Part shown: positions 31,306-41,283 of the stretch, piece by piece
Layout: every line of letters starts with the position of its first letter
Numbering within the stretch: the first letter of the stretch is position 1
Source: Elusimicrobiota bacterium
Lineage (GTDB): Bacteria; Elusimicrobiota; Elusimicrobia; UBA1565; UBA9628
Direction: 5' to 3'
Assembly: GCA_023213235.1 (NCBI GenBank)
Contig: CP096137.1
Location: 3,374,437-3,438,436 of the forward strand
DNA length: 64,000 nt
Position numbers and translations under genes: made by a program
The notes under the pieces: model-generated
The model's database searches: none
What the model was told of the DNA's origin: nothing
Seen by the model: only the letters and a program-made list of their open reading frames with translations

Positions 31306-32139
31306 CTAGAGGGCCCATTGCGCGACGTTGACGCCGGCCAGCGCGTCGCGCCCGGAGGCGCGGCGGTGCTCGTCGAGGCCGAGCCAGAAGGTCTCGATGG
31401 CCTCGAGCGCCTTCTTGCCGCCCTTGAGGAAGCGCTTCGCGTCGAAGCCGGGCTGCTCGAACGTCTCCTCGAGCTCGCGCCAGACGTTGACGCCGTGGCC
31501 GGCCTCGATCTCGGCGTGGAACTTGAAGAAGCCGAGCGGGATCGCCTCGAGATCTTCCGACGCCCGGCGTTCATTGACGGCCTCGAGGCCTCGGATCAGC
31601 TGGCGCCAGAAGTTCCCCGCCTCGAGCGCGGGCCCCGCGCCCAGGCCGGAGGCCGCCCAGCACTCGATCGCGAAGGAGGCGCCCGCGCCGATCATCGGGT
31701 CATGCGAGCCGTAGGTCTTGTCGAGGCCGTTGAGGAAGGCCTTCGTCGCGTCGGAGGCGGAGGCCCAGCGGCCGAGCTTCATCGGCTCGATGCCGATGAC
31801 GGCTCCCGCGTCGCGCAGCCAGTTGAGGTGCGCGTTGCCCGTCGCGAACGTGCGCCCCTCGACCGAGCCCGTGCGCGGGTCGATGCCGACGCCGCACTCG
31901 TTCATCAGGATGTTGCGCGCGCAGCGCTCGCCCTCGAGCGTGCCGGCGTTGACCATGCGCTTCACCTGGAGCACCAGGAAGTGGTTCGAGAACACCGAGA
32001 ACTGCGTGATCAGCTCGGCGACCTGCTCCTCGTCGGCCTCGCCGCGGGCGAACCAGGCGGTGAAGGGATTCGCGGTGATCACGGGGTGCGTGAACAGCTC
32101 GCGGCGCACGACGGCTTTGAAGGCTTCGAGATCTTTCAT
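31306..32139 (-). CDS. Heme-oxygenase-like dimetal oxidase (PqqC/TenA/CADD superfamily)
   Basis: HPVITANPF N-terminus, ILMNE, AHLNW, FAIE and FHAEIEAGH (H-x3-E-x2-H) ligand pattern. Confidence 0.65.
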   Translation of the reverse strand: MKDLEAFKAVVRRELFTHPVITANPFTAWFARGEADEEQVAELITQFSVFSNHFLVLQVKRMVNAGTLEGERCARNILMNECGVGIDPRTGSVEGRTFATGNAHLNWLRDAGAVIGIEPMKLGRWASASDATKAFLNGLDKTYGSHDPMIGAGASFAIECWAASGLGAGPALEAGNFWRQLIRGLEAVNERRASEDLEAIPLGFFKFHAEIEAGHGVNVWRELEETFEQPGFDAKRFLKGGKKALEAIETFWLGLDEHRRASGRDALAGVNVAQWAL

Positions 32140-32219
32140 GCCCACAGCATACCCCGCGGGCTGTGTTTCTGTGAAGTAGCTAATATTGACATCACTGTTA
32201 ACCTGTGGTTTACTACGGC

Positions 32220-33112
32220 ATGGACCTCTACCAGCTGCGCTACTTCCTCGAGACGGCCCGGGAACTCAACTTCACGCGGGCCGCCGCGAACCTCGGCGTC
32301 TCGACGCCGGCCGTCAGCAAGAGCGTCGCCCTGCTCGAGCGCTCCGTCGGGCAGCCCCTGCTCACGCGCACCCGCCGGCTCGTCCAGCTGACCCAGGCCG
32401 GCGAGCGGCTCAAGGTCCACGCCGAGCGCGTCTTCGACGAGGTCGAGGCGGCGCGCCTGGACCTGCGCGGCGAGGCGGGCTCGCCCGCGATGCTCAAGAT
32501 CGGCAGCCGCGAGATGATCACGAACTACCTGCTGGGGCCGTCGCTGTTGGAGCTGAGGAAGCTGCACCCGTCGACGCGCACCGGCATCTACGAACTGGGC
32601 CCCAAGGAGATGGCGGCCGCGCTGAAGAAGAACCAGATCGATTTCGCGTTCTACTACAGCGCCGAGATCCCCGATCCGTCCCTCGAGATCCGCCGTCTCG
32701 GCCATCTCGATTCTCACGTCTACGCCGCGCCGTCCTTGTGGAAGGGCGCCAAGGCGCCTAAGACGTTCGACGAGGTACGCAAGCTCCCGTTCATCGCCCC
32801 GCGCTATTTCGGCGCCGATCCCGCGGAGGCAAGCCTCGACGGCTTCCCCGATCAGGAGTCCCCCGGACGATCCAGTACGAGGGCGAGTTCCTCGAGACCC
32901 ACCGCCGCTTCGCCCTCGACGGCATCGCCGCCGCGGTCCTGCCCGACTTCACGGTCAAGCGCGAGTGGAAGGCCGGCCTGCTCGCGCGCCTCCCGGGGCC
33001 GGAGCTCGGCCGCGAGATCTACTTCCTGAAGCGCCGCGGGCGGACGCTCCCAAATGCCGTCGACGCCTTCGTCGACGTCGTCGCCCGCTCCATCAAGCGC
33101 GTCGCCTACTGA
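32220..33112 (+). CDS. LysR-family transcriptional regulator (frameshift near 32865)
   Basis: MDLYQLRYF...NFTRAA..L.VSTPAVSK...LE; divergent from the dimetal oxidase. Confidence 0.88.
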
Positions 33113-33119
33113 GAAAGAA

Positions 33120-33192
33120 GGGTCAGACCTTACACGTTTCACTTTTCCACTCGACCGAATCGAGTAAAAGTGAAACGTGTAAGGTCTGACCC
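33120..33192. repeat. Stand-alone REP hairpin matching the ends of RAYT element 2
   Basis: Perfect 27-bp inverted repeat GGGTCAGACCTTACACGTTTCACTTTT with an inner ACTCGA/TCGAGT stem, between convergent genes. Confidence 0.9.
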
Positions 33193-34341
33193 CTATTTTT
33201 TCAGCTTGAAGCGGGCGAGGCGGAAGCGGTGGAGGTTGAGTTCGGACTTGCCGCCGACGATGAGCTCGGCGAGCGACTTGCCGACGATCGGGGCGAACTT
33301 GAAGCCGTGGCCGGAGAAGCCGGCGGCGACGAAGCCGTTGGGGGCGTCGGGCAGGCGGTCGATGATGAAGTCGTCGTCGGGCGTGTTGTCGTACCAGCAC
33401 ACGTGGCCCTCGAAGTCGACGAAGTCCGCCAACTCGGGCAGGAACTTCTTGAGGAAGCCGCGGCAGGACTTCTCGAACTTCGGAGAGAGCGTGCGCAGGT
33501 CGTCGGCGTCGGCGGCCTTCACGACGGGGCCTTTGCGGTGGTCGCCGATCTTGATGAAGCCCTGGATGTGCACGGGGAAGCCGTAGAAACCGCCGGTCAG
33601 GCTCGCGAAGACGGGGAAGTGCTCGGGGCGGTAGCGGCCGCGGCCCTGCTGGGGGCGGAGGAACAACTGCTCCTGCTTCGTGATCTTGATGGGGATGCCC
33701 CAGGGCTTGAGCAGCTCGTTGGACCAGTAGCCCGTCGTGAAGACGAATTTCTCCGCCTCCCAGGTCTTGCCGGCCGCGTCCTTGACGGACTTGATTCCGG
33801 TCTTGTCTTTCTGGATCGAGACGATCTTCACGCCGTTGCGGATCTTCACGCCCTTGCGCTGCGCGATCGACGCGGTGGCGGCGACGGAGCGGCTGGCCCA
33901 GATCATGCCCCCGTCGGGGTGGTAGAGCGCCCACTTGAAGGCGCCGGACTTGTACATCGGATAGCGCTTCTTGACGTCGGGCGGCAGCAGCTTCTCGAAG
34001 CGGATCTTGCGTTCCTTGAGGACTTCGAGGCTCTGCGACTCGTAGCCGACGGCCTTCGGCGCGAGCTCGAGCATGCCGTTCTGCAAGAGAAGAGTCTCTT
34101 CGGACAGCGTGTTCAACTCGAGCCACAGCGGCATGGCCTTCAGCGCCATCTCGGTGTAGAAGGAGTCCTTGCCGTAGGTCAGCCGGAAGACGCGCAGGTG
34201 GTCGCCGGAGGCGGCCCACTGGTTGGGAACGTCGCGCTGGTCGAGGACGGTGACGGCGTGGCCGAGCTGGGCCAGGTGATAGGCCGTCTGCACGCCCATG
34301 ATCCCGCCGCCGACGACGATGACCGAGTTCTTCACGCTCAC
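33193..34341 (-). CDS. FAD-dependent oxidoreductase, monomeric sarcosine oxidase/DAO family
   Basis: VIVVGGGIMG, C.YDNTPDDDFIID, GFSGHGFKFAP. Confidence 0.85.
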   Translation of the reverse strand: MSVKNSVIVVGGGIMGVQTAYHLAQLGHAVTVLDQRDVPNQWAASGDHLRVFRLTYGKDSFYTEMALKAMPLWLELNTLSEETLLLQNGMLELAPKAVGYESQSLEVLKERKIRFEKLLPPDVKKRYPMYKSGAFKWALYHPDGGMIWASRSVAATASIAQRKGVKIRNGVKIVSIQKDKTGIKSVKDAAGKTWEAEKFVFTTGYWSNELLKPWGIPIKITKQEQLFLRPQQGRGRYRPEHFPVFASLTGGFYGFPVHIQGFIKIGDHRKGPVVKAADADDLRTLSPKFEKSCRGFLKKFLPELADFVDFEGHVCWYDNTPDDDFIIDRLPDAPNGFVAAGFSGHGFKFAPIVGKSLAELIVGGKSELNLHRFRLARFKLKK

Positions 34342-34765
34342 AGGAAACGCCCTCCGATCCGTCCGGCCGTCCTTTCCGGCGACGAGCCGTGCTCGACCTT
34401 CATCCACTTCCCGCCTTCGTCCTCGGCCATGCGGCCGAGCTCGGCGTCCGCCGTCACGACCGTCACGGCCTTGCCGCCGCTCCACTTCCTGGACCTGACT
34501 CGGTCCAGGATCAGATCGTCGGCCACGAGGTCCCGCGTGAACGTCAGGCGCAGGTTCTCGGGCGGCGAATCAACGAGCGAACGGAACGGACCGTCGAAAA
34601 AGAGCTCGAGCTCCAACGAGCCTCCGGCGTCGCGGCACAGCTTGGCCATTATCATGGCCAAATGACATGTATCGCTGTCCTCCTGCGTCGCGTGGGCCGT
34701 CCCCCGTAACCGTAGGCGGTGCGAACCAGGTTCGTGCCGTCGACGCAGTAAAGCTGGACGCTCAT
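34338..34765 (-). CDS. YacP-like NYN/PIN domain protein (frameshift near 34700)
   Basis: YCVDGTNL at the N-terminus, ADDLI, VTVVTAD.EL. Confidence 0.65.
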
Positions 34766-34826
34766 CCTAGCTATTTTAGCAAACCGATGGAAACGCGGCC
34801 GTCGCCTGATTGAGGCCCGAGGACCC

Positions 34827-34855
34827 TTGACGACGCCCTCGGAGGACTTTACACT
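34827..34855 (+). promoter_or_regulatory. Sigma70 promoter of the kinase gene
   Basis: TTGACG, 17 nt, TACACT. Confidence 0.6.
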
Positions 34856-34877
34856 GGCCGAGGGCGCTTTCCCTAAT

Positions 34878-37174
34878 ATGAACGGCAATTTCTGGCTCGT
34901 CGCGCTGCTGCTGGCCGCTCCCGTCGCGCGCGCCCAGGACGAGTCCGACGCCCCCGCCGGCGCCCCCGCCCCCTGCTCTGGCGCGTCCCGCCCGCCGACG
35001 CGCGGACCTCCGCCGCGACGGTGACGGGCCTGGCGCGAACGCCGTCGCGCGGGCTCATCCGCGACTTCCAGCTCGCGCTGAAGGGCTACCCGGAGAGCAA
35101 GGCGAAGGCCGACCTCGAGGCCGCGCTCGACGAGCTCGCCAGGGGCGCCGACGCGGCCGAGCCCTCCCAACAGCAGGCCTATATCGACTCGCATCTCGGG
35201 ACGCTGACGGCGACGATCAAGACCCTGTCGGCCGACGCCACGTCGGACTTGCGCGCGAAGGCCGCCGCGCGCGCCGCGGCGCTCAACAACCGCGCCGAGC
35301 GCTGGGCCGAGGGCCGGGACCTCTCCGAGCTGGCGCTCGCCCACGATCCCTCCGATCCCGACGCGCTCGTGGCCCGCTCGCAGGCCAGCTCCGCGCTCGG
35401 CGACTTCTCGCGCGGCTACTCCGACGCCGACGCCGTCCTGCGCCGCGCGTCGGACTCGGCGCCGGCGTGGACCGCGCGCGCGGCCGCGAGCTACGGCCTC
35501 GGCAACTACCTCCAGGCCGTCGAGGACGCGCGGCGCGCGCTCGCGCTCGACCCGAACGACAAGACCGCTTTCGCGCTGATGAAGCTCTCCGAGGGCCGGG
35601 CCGCCGCCGCGCCGCGCTTCGAGAACGCGAGCCTCGCGCAGTCGGTCGAGCGCGAGTATCACGGCATGGTCCAGCAGCTCAACCAGGTCGAGCAGGTCCG
35701 CGCGCTCCCCGTCGAGCGCCCCGCGGCCGCCGCGATCAAGCGCTTCACGCAGAGCGCGAGCGCCAAACTGGCGGTCAAGGACTACCACGGCGCCGTCGGA
35801 GAGGCCGACAAGGCGCTCGAACTCGAAGGCGACAACGCGGACGCGCTGTTCTACCGCGCCGCGGCGCAGAATCTCCTCGGCCGCTACGGCGACGCCGAGC
35901 GCGACGCGTCGAAAGGGCTGGCGCTCTCGCCGTCGGCGGCGCACCTGCGCGACGCGCGCGCCTGGGCCTACATCCGCATGGGCCGCTTCGCCGACGCCGT
36001 CGCCGACGCGAACCACTCGCTCGAGATCGACCCGAAGAATCCCTACGCCTACGCCAACCGCGGCCACGCGAGCGAGGGCCGCGGCGACTACGAGGCGATG
36101 GCCGGCGACCTCAAGAAAGCGGCGGAGCTCAACGCCCTCTTCGAGCCCGACTACCGCGACTCGACCCGCCGCCACGGGATCGTCCCCGAAGAGCTCTCGC
36201 GCGAGCGCGCCGAAAAGCCGTTCATCGAGCGCCTCGCCCCGCGCACGCGCTCCTTCGGCGTGATGCTCGTCTTCACTTTGTCGGGCGGACTGCTGATCGG
36301 CCTCGGGCTCATGCACGTCGGCGGCGGCCTGCGCGACGCGAAGGAGAAGAAAGCCGCCGCGTCCGGCGCGGCCGCCCCGGCCGCTCTCGCCCAGCGCTAC
36401 GAGCTCGGCCGCGCCATCGGACAGGGCGGCATGGGCGTCGTCTACGAGGCGCGCGACAAGACGCTCAAGCGCCGCGTCGCGATCAAGATGCTGCGCGAGG
36501 AGTTCCTCAAGGACGAACAGGCCAAGAAGGCCCTCGTCGAGGAGGCGACGACCGTCGCCGAGCTCAGCCACCCGTCGATCGTCGACATCCACGCCGTCGA
36601 GCAGGACGAGGCCGGCGTCTACCTCGTCTTCGAGCGCCTCGAAGGCCGCACGCTCGACGAAGTCATCGCCGAGAAAAAGGCGATGCCCCTTTCCGAGGTG
36701 AAAAAGGTCCTGGGGCCCGTGTGCGCGGCGCTCGTCTACGCGCACGACCACGATGTCGTGCACCGCGACTTGAAGCCGGGAAACGTCATGCTGACCGACA
36801 GCGGCGGGGTCAAGGTGCTCGACTTCGGCATCTCGCGCCACGCCGCGCTGCGCGGCGGCACGAAGGCCGCGACCACGCAGACGGTGGTCGGCACTCCGCA
36901 CTACATGGCGCCCGAGCAGGAGTACGGCGTCATCCGCCGCGAGAACGACGTGTTCTCCCTCGGCGCCGTGCTCTACGAGATGATCACGGGCGTGCGACCC
37001 TTCGACGGCGCGACGCCGGCCAAGCTCGCCAAGAGCTACCTGCGCCCCTCGACGCGCGTGCCCGGGCTGTCCGCCGAGCTCGACGCGCTGATCGACGGAG
37101 CCCTCGAGCCGGATCCCGACAAGCGCATCGCGACCCCGGCGGCGTTCTGGTCGCGCCTCGACGCGATCTGCTAG
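34878..37174 (+). CDS. Membrane Ser/Thr (Hanks-type) kinase with extracytoplasmic TPR repeats (frameshift near 34970-35020)
   Basis: Signal peptide at 34878, TPR repeats, TM helix, IGQGGMGVVY, VAIK, HRDLKPGN, DFG, GTPHYMAPE. Confidence 0.88.
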
Positions 37175-37626
37175 AGGCCGGCGGCTTTCACGATCGCCGC
37201 CCACTGCGCGTCCGTCACGGGCTGAACCGAGAGGCGCGATTTGTTGACGAGCGGCATCGCCGCGAGCTCCGGCATCCCGCGCAGCTCGTCGAGGGGCACG
37301 AACCGCGGGGCCTTGCGCACGAACCGCACGTCGACTTGATACCAGACGGGGTCGGCCGTCGTCGCGCGCGGCTCGAAGTAGTCCGACTTCCGGTCGAACT
37401 GAGTGGGATCGGGGTAGGCCGTCTTCGCGACCCTGGCGAGGCCCGCGACTCCCGGCGGCTCGGCGTTCGAGTGGTAGAACAGGATCTCGTCGCCCGTCTT
37501 CATCGTCTTCATGAAGTTGCGGGCCTGGTAGTTGCGCACGCCGTTCCAGCCTTCGACCTTCACGCGCGCGAGATCGTCGATGCCGAAAACGTCGGGCTCG
37601 GACTTCATGAGCCAGCGGCCGGTCAT
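37171..37626 (-). CDS. EVE domain protein
   Basis: WLMKSEP, W.GVRNYQARN, FYHSN, SRLSVQPV. Confidence 0.9.
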   Translation of the reverse strand: MTGRWLMKSEPDVFGIDDLARVKVEGWNGVRNYQARNFMKTMKTGDEILFYHSNAEPPGVAGLARVAKTAYPDPTQFDRKSDYFEPRATTADPVWYQVDVRFVRKAPRFVPLDELRGMPELAAMPLVNKSRLSVQPVTDAQWAAIVKAAGL

Positions 37627-38930
37627 TTCTTCAGCGCTTCGCGCAGGTCGGCGATCCGGAAGTAGGACCACACCCACGCCTTCCAGAAAGCGCCGAAGGC
37701 GCGGCCGCGCAGGCGCGACCACGAGGTGGCCTGCGCCGGGGCGAAGGAGGACTTCGACAACGCGGCGACGGCGGCGGAGTCCGGCGAGATCACGAGGTAG
37801 CCCTCGGGAAAGCTCTCGCGGACCACCTCGGGCGACGGCGGCAAGGTCGAGGCGAAGCCCTCGATGTCCTTCAAGCGGTTCTCCGTCCAGTTCCGGGCGA
37901 GCGCGTCGGCGAACGGTTTGATCGCGGCGGTCCCGCCGTCCTCGGTGACGAGCTGGTAGTCGATGTCGCTCGTCGGGCCCGACTGGGCGATCGAGTACGA
38001 GCCGAGCAGGACGAGCGCGATCACGCGCTTGCCGCGCGGCAGATCCTTGTTCACGTCGGCGATCGAGCGCAAAGTCCCCTCGCGGAAGGCGTCGAGGACG
38101 ATCTGCTGCCGGGTCGCGCGGTGCTCGGAGATCTTGGCGAGGTGCTCCTCGGTCAGCATCGCGTTCATGCGCGGCGCGAGCTCGGCCGGGGCGACGGTGG
38201 GCAGCTCGTAGAACACGCCGAAGGCCTTTTTCCGGTAGTAGCTCGGGCGCTCGAGCGGCACGACGCGGTCGACGCGATCGAGATAGCTCAGAAACGCGGC
38301 GCGCGCCTCCCCGTCCTTCGGGAAGTAGCGGTCCCAGAGCTTGACCGCCTCGCGGCGGATGGTCGCGCGATCCGCGACCTGGAAGCCGGCCGTGCGCACC
38401 TGTCCGGAGTACGCCTTCGTGCGCCAGTCGAGCCACATGCCCTCGAGGTCGCGGACGGCGCGGTCCTTGCCGGCGGTTTCGGCCTGCTGCTGGCGCACCA
38501 TCGAACGCAGCAGTTCGGAGCGGGAGCCGAAGAAGAACTTGGTCGTCTCCCAGTGCGAGCGGGAGAGCAGGGCGCGCGCCTTCTCGGCGGGAACCGCGCC
38601 GGTCCACAGCGCCTCGGCGTCGGGCGCGTCCGCGATCGCGCGGACCTGGGCCTTGGCCGCGACGACGTCCGGCTTCGCGGGCTCGACGGGAACGACGGCG
38701 GCCGCGGCGATCGGCGTCAGAGCCAGGGGAGCCGGCGCGAGGACGGCCGCGGACGGCGCCGCGAGCGAGGGCGCGGCCAGGGGCGAGAGCGTCAGCGCGG
38801 GGGCGGCGGCCTGGGGCGAGACGAGGACGGGGGCCGAGAGCGTCGGCGCGGGCGCCGAGAGGGAGACCCGGGTCTGGGCCCGCGCGGACTGCGCGCAAAC
38901 GAGCAGGAGCACGAGGAGCGGTCGTCGCAT
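37623..38930 (-). CDS. Signal-peptide-bearing protein with C-terminal Pol-beta-like nucleotidyltransferase motif
   Basis: Signal peptide, Ala/Pro/Ser/Leu low-complexity tract, LVLLGSY-x8-SDIDY motif. Confidence 0.55.
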   Translation of the reverse strand: MRRPLLVLLLVCAQSARAQTRVSLSAPAPTLSAPVLVSPQAAAPALTLSPLAAPSLAAPSAAVLAPAPLALTPIAAAAVVPVEPAKPDVVAAKAQVRAIADAPDAEALWTGAVPAEKARALLSRSHWETTKFFFGSRSELLRSMVRQQQAETAGKDRAVRDLEGMWLDWRTKAYSGQVRTAGFQVADRATIRREAVKLWDRYFPKDGEARAAFLSYLDRVDRVVPLERPSYYRKKAFGVFYELPTVAPAELAPRMNAMLTEEHLAKISEHRATRQQIVLDAFREGTLRSIADVNKDLPRGKRVIALVLLGSYSIAQSGPTSDIDYQLVTEDGGTAAIKPFADALARNWTENRLKDIEGFASTLPPSPEVVRESFPEGYLVISPDSAAVAALSKSSFAPAQATSWSRLRGRAFGAFWKAWVWSYFRIADLREALKK

Positions 38931-39006
38931 TCCTATATTATGGCCGTCCGGGAGCGCGGCGTCAGCGGTCCTTGGACCCCTCCGCCGGGCCCGATAGGCC
39001 CACGTC

Positions 39007-39858
39007 CTAGAACGGCAGGAGGCGGCGCACGCGTCCCTCGATGAGGAACAGCGCCGTGTCCTCGCCTTTGGCGTGCGTGGCGGCGAGGTTGGCCTCGTCG
39101 ACGGCGCGGTGCAGGGCGTTCATGTACTGGCGCATGACGCTCGACGACGCGCGCACGAGCTCCAAGCGCTCGCCGAACGGCCCTCCGCGGCGGCGCGCCA
39201 TCGCGTCCCAGAAGCCGCGCACCCGCTCGAGCAGGGGCTCCATGCCCTTGCTGCGGCCGGGGAAGGTCCAGAACTTTCCGGGCTGGCGCGTGCGCCAGCG
39301 GCCGGGAGACGTCGCGCGCAGGAGCTTGGCCTTCGCCAGGCTCTCGAGCGCCGCCTGCGCGGCGGCGGCGGAGCACTCGAGACGCTTGGCGACGGCCTCG
39401 GCGTCCCACGATTCGCGGTCGTTGAGCAGCAGCTCCGAGCACCAATAAGACACCTCGTCCTTCGAGACCGCGGCGAACTGCTCCGGGCTCATGTGCATGA
39501 GGTGCTCGCGCTTGAGGCGCTCGAAGCCGCCCTCGGCGAGCGTCGGCGAGACGGTCGGCGCGTTCTCGCGCACGCCGCCGACGATGAGTTCGTAGTTCTC
39601 GGCGCCGCCGAGCGTGTCGTGCAGGAAGGACTTGAAGAGCAGGCGGGCGCCCTCCTGGGCGGGCGCCAGGCGCAGCGCCTTGAGGATCGCGCCGAAGGCC
39701 TCCGCGCGAGGGGCCTTGGCGCCCTTCTCGAGGCGCAGGTAGTGGACGTAGGTGAAGCCGAAGTGGCGGCGGCCGCCGTTGCGGTGATAGAAGCGGTACG
39801 CGGAGGGAAAGCCGGCCTCGCGGCGCAGGCGCAGGAGGGCTTCGGAGAAGGCGCTCAT
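39007..39858 (-). CDS. Putative transcriptional regulator with N-terminal XRE-like HTH
   Basis: FSEALLRLRREAG...YLRLEKGAKAPR; second winged-helix-like segment (VAKRLECS..AAQAALESL). Confidence 0.55.
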   Translation of the reverse strand: MSAFSEALLRLRREAGFPSAYRFYHRNGGRRHFGFTYVHYLRLEKGAKAPRAEAFGAILKALRLAPAQEGARLLFKSFLHDTLGGAENYELIVGGVRENAPTVSPTLAEGGFERLKREHLMHMSPEQFAAVSKDEVSYWCSELLLNDRESWDAEAVAKRLECSAAAAQAALESLAKAKLLRATSPGRWRTRQPGKFWTFPGRSKGMEPLLERVRGFWDAMARRRGGPFGERLELVRASSSVMRQYMNALHRAVDEANLAATHAKGEDTALFLIEGRVRRLLPF

Positions 39859-39873
39859 GGAATATTCATCATA

Positions 39874-40400
39874 CTAAAGTGACCTCGGGGCGCCGCCTTC
39901 CTCCCAGGCGATCGGCGTCAGCCCCAGGCCGCGCGCGAGCTCCGTGAGCTTCCCGAGAAAAGGTCCGGCGAGAGCCGGGATCAGCAGCACCCCGTCCGCG
40001 CCGCCGGCGCGCGCGCGCTCGAGCTGCCACGGGTCGACGACGTAGTCCATCATCAGCACGAGCGCGTCGGGGCAGGCCTCGCGCACGGCATCCAGGTGAG
40101 AGTAGTCGCCCGCGTGGAAATTGCGCTCCGTCCACACCGCCAGGCCCGTCGCGCCGCGTCCGAGCGCCGAGACCGCGCGCTTGGCCGCGTACTCCGTCGA
40201 CACCTCGCCGCCCGTGACGAGCAGGCCGCGTCCCGGCTCGGCGAAGCGCAGGTCGCTGACGACGCCCGCCAGCGCGGGCGCGAAGGGCGCGGCTCGCGCG
40301 CGTAGAGCGGCCGGGCGCGCAGCGCCTCGACGGGTTCCGAGACCTTCAGGCGCTCGACGCGGCGCGCGGCGTGCGCGGCCATCCCGATCAGCGATTCCAC
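39874..40400 (-). CDS. Truncated, degenerate indole-3-glycerol-phosphate synthase (TrpC) paralog (frameshift near 40285)
   Basis: Aligns by eye with the N-terminal two-thirds of trpC at 53901-54689 (ARRVE.LK, PLYAR.P, TE..F.GD, D.V.DP.Q...AR..GAD.VLLI); about 175 aa. Confidence 0.7.
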
Positions 40401-40425
40401 GGCGGCATGATATCATAGACGCCCC

Positions 40426-41283
40426 GTGATCCCCCTCCTCTACGCCCTCGTCTGCCTCATCTGGGGCTCGACCTGGCTCGCGATCAAGTTCGGCCTCGAA
40501 GGCGTGCCGCCTTTCCTCGGCGCCGGCCTGCGCTTCGCGCTCGCCGCGGCGGTACTGTGGGCGCTCGTCCTGTGGTCGAAAGTCCCGTGGCGCCTGTCTC
40601 CCGACGGCCGCCGCGCGGCGCCGGTCGCCGGCGTGCTCGGCTTCGGAATCTGCTACGCGCTCGTCTACTGGGCGGAGACGCGCGTGAGCTCCGGCCTCGT
40701 CGCGGTGCTGCACGCGCTCGTGCCCCTCGTCGTCTCGGTGCTGACCGTCTTCGTCGTCCGCACCGAGACCATGACCGCGCGCAAGGGACTCGGCATCGCC
40801 GTCGGCACGTCGGGCGTCGTCCTGCTCTTCTGGCCCGAGAAGGGCGTGGCCGCCGTCGACGGCTGGGGCCTGCTCGCGGCGCTCATCGCGGGGCTCGGCG
40901 CGGGCTGCAACCTCGTCGTGCAGAGCCTCTACTCCAAGAAAGACGACGCGCGCGCCTTGAACGCCTGGGGCATGTCGATCGGCGCGGCGCTCCTGCTCGG
41001 GTTGAGCCTCCTCTTCGAGCGCGGCGCGGCCGTGACCTGGACTGCCGCCAACGCCGGCGCCCTTCTCTACCTTTCCATCGCGGGCAGCGTCGTCGCCTTC
41101 CTCAGCTACTACCGGCTGATCCGCCTGCTGCCGGCGACCCAGGTGAGCCTGATCACCCTGATCTTCCCCGCCGTGGCGCTCGTGCTCGGCTGGCTCGTGC
41201 TGGGCGAGACGCTCGGGCCGAAAGGCGTCTTCGGCATCGCCCTCATCATGGGCGGCGTCGGCCTCGCGCTGAAGAAACGTTAG
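40426..41283 (+). CDS. EamA/DMT family transporter
   Basis: LIWGSTWLAIK, LRF, ten hydrophobic segments. Confidence 0.9.
   Translation: MIPLLYALVCLIWGSTWLAIKFGLEGVPPFLGAGLRFALAAAVLWALVLWSKVPWRLSPDGRRAAPVAGVLGFGICYALVYWAETRVSSGLVAVLHALVPLVVSVLTVFVVRTETMTARKGLGIAVGTSGVVLLFWPEKGVAAVDGWGLLAALIAGLGAGCNLVVQSLYSKKDDARALNAWGMSIGAALLLGLSLLFERGAAVTWTAANAGALLYLSIAGSVVAFLSYYRLIRLLPATQVSLITLIFPAVALVLGWLVLGETLGPKGVFGIALIMGGVGLALKKR

Noticed and set aside
31306-32139. CADD-type self-sacrificial pABA synthase assignment for the dimetal enzyme
   Set aside because: Only the metal ligands are recognisable, there are no folate genes nearby, and the substrate residues cannot be verified by eye, so it was kept as a generic HDO.
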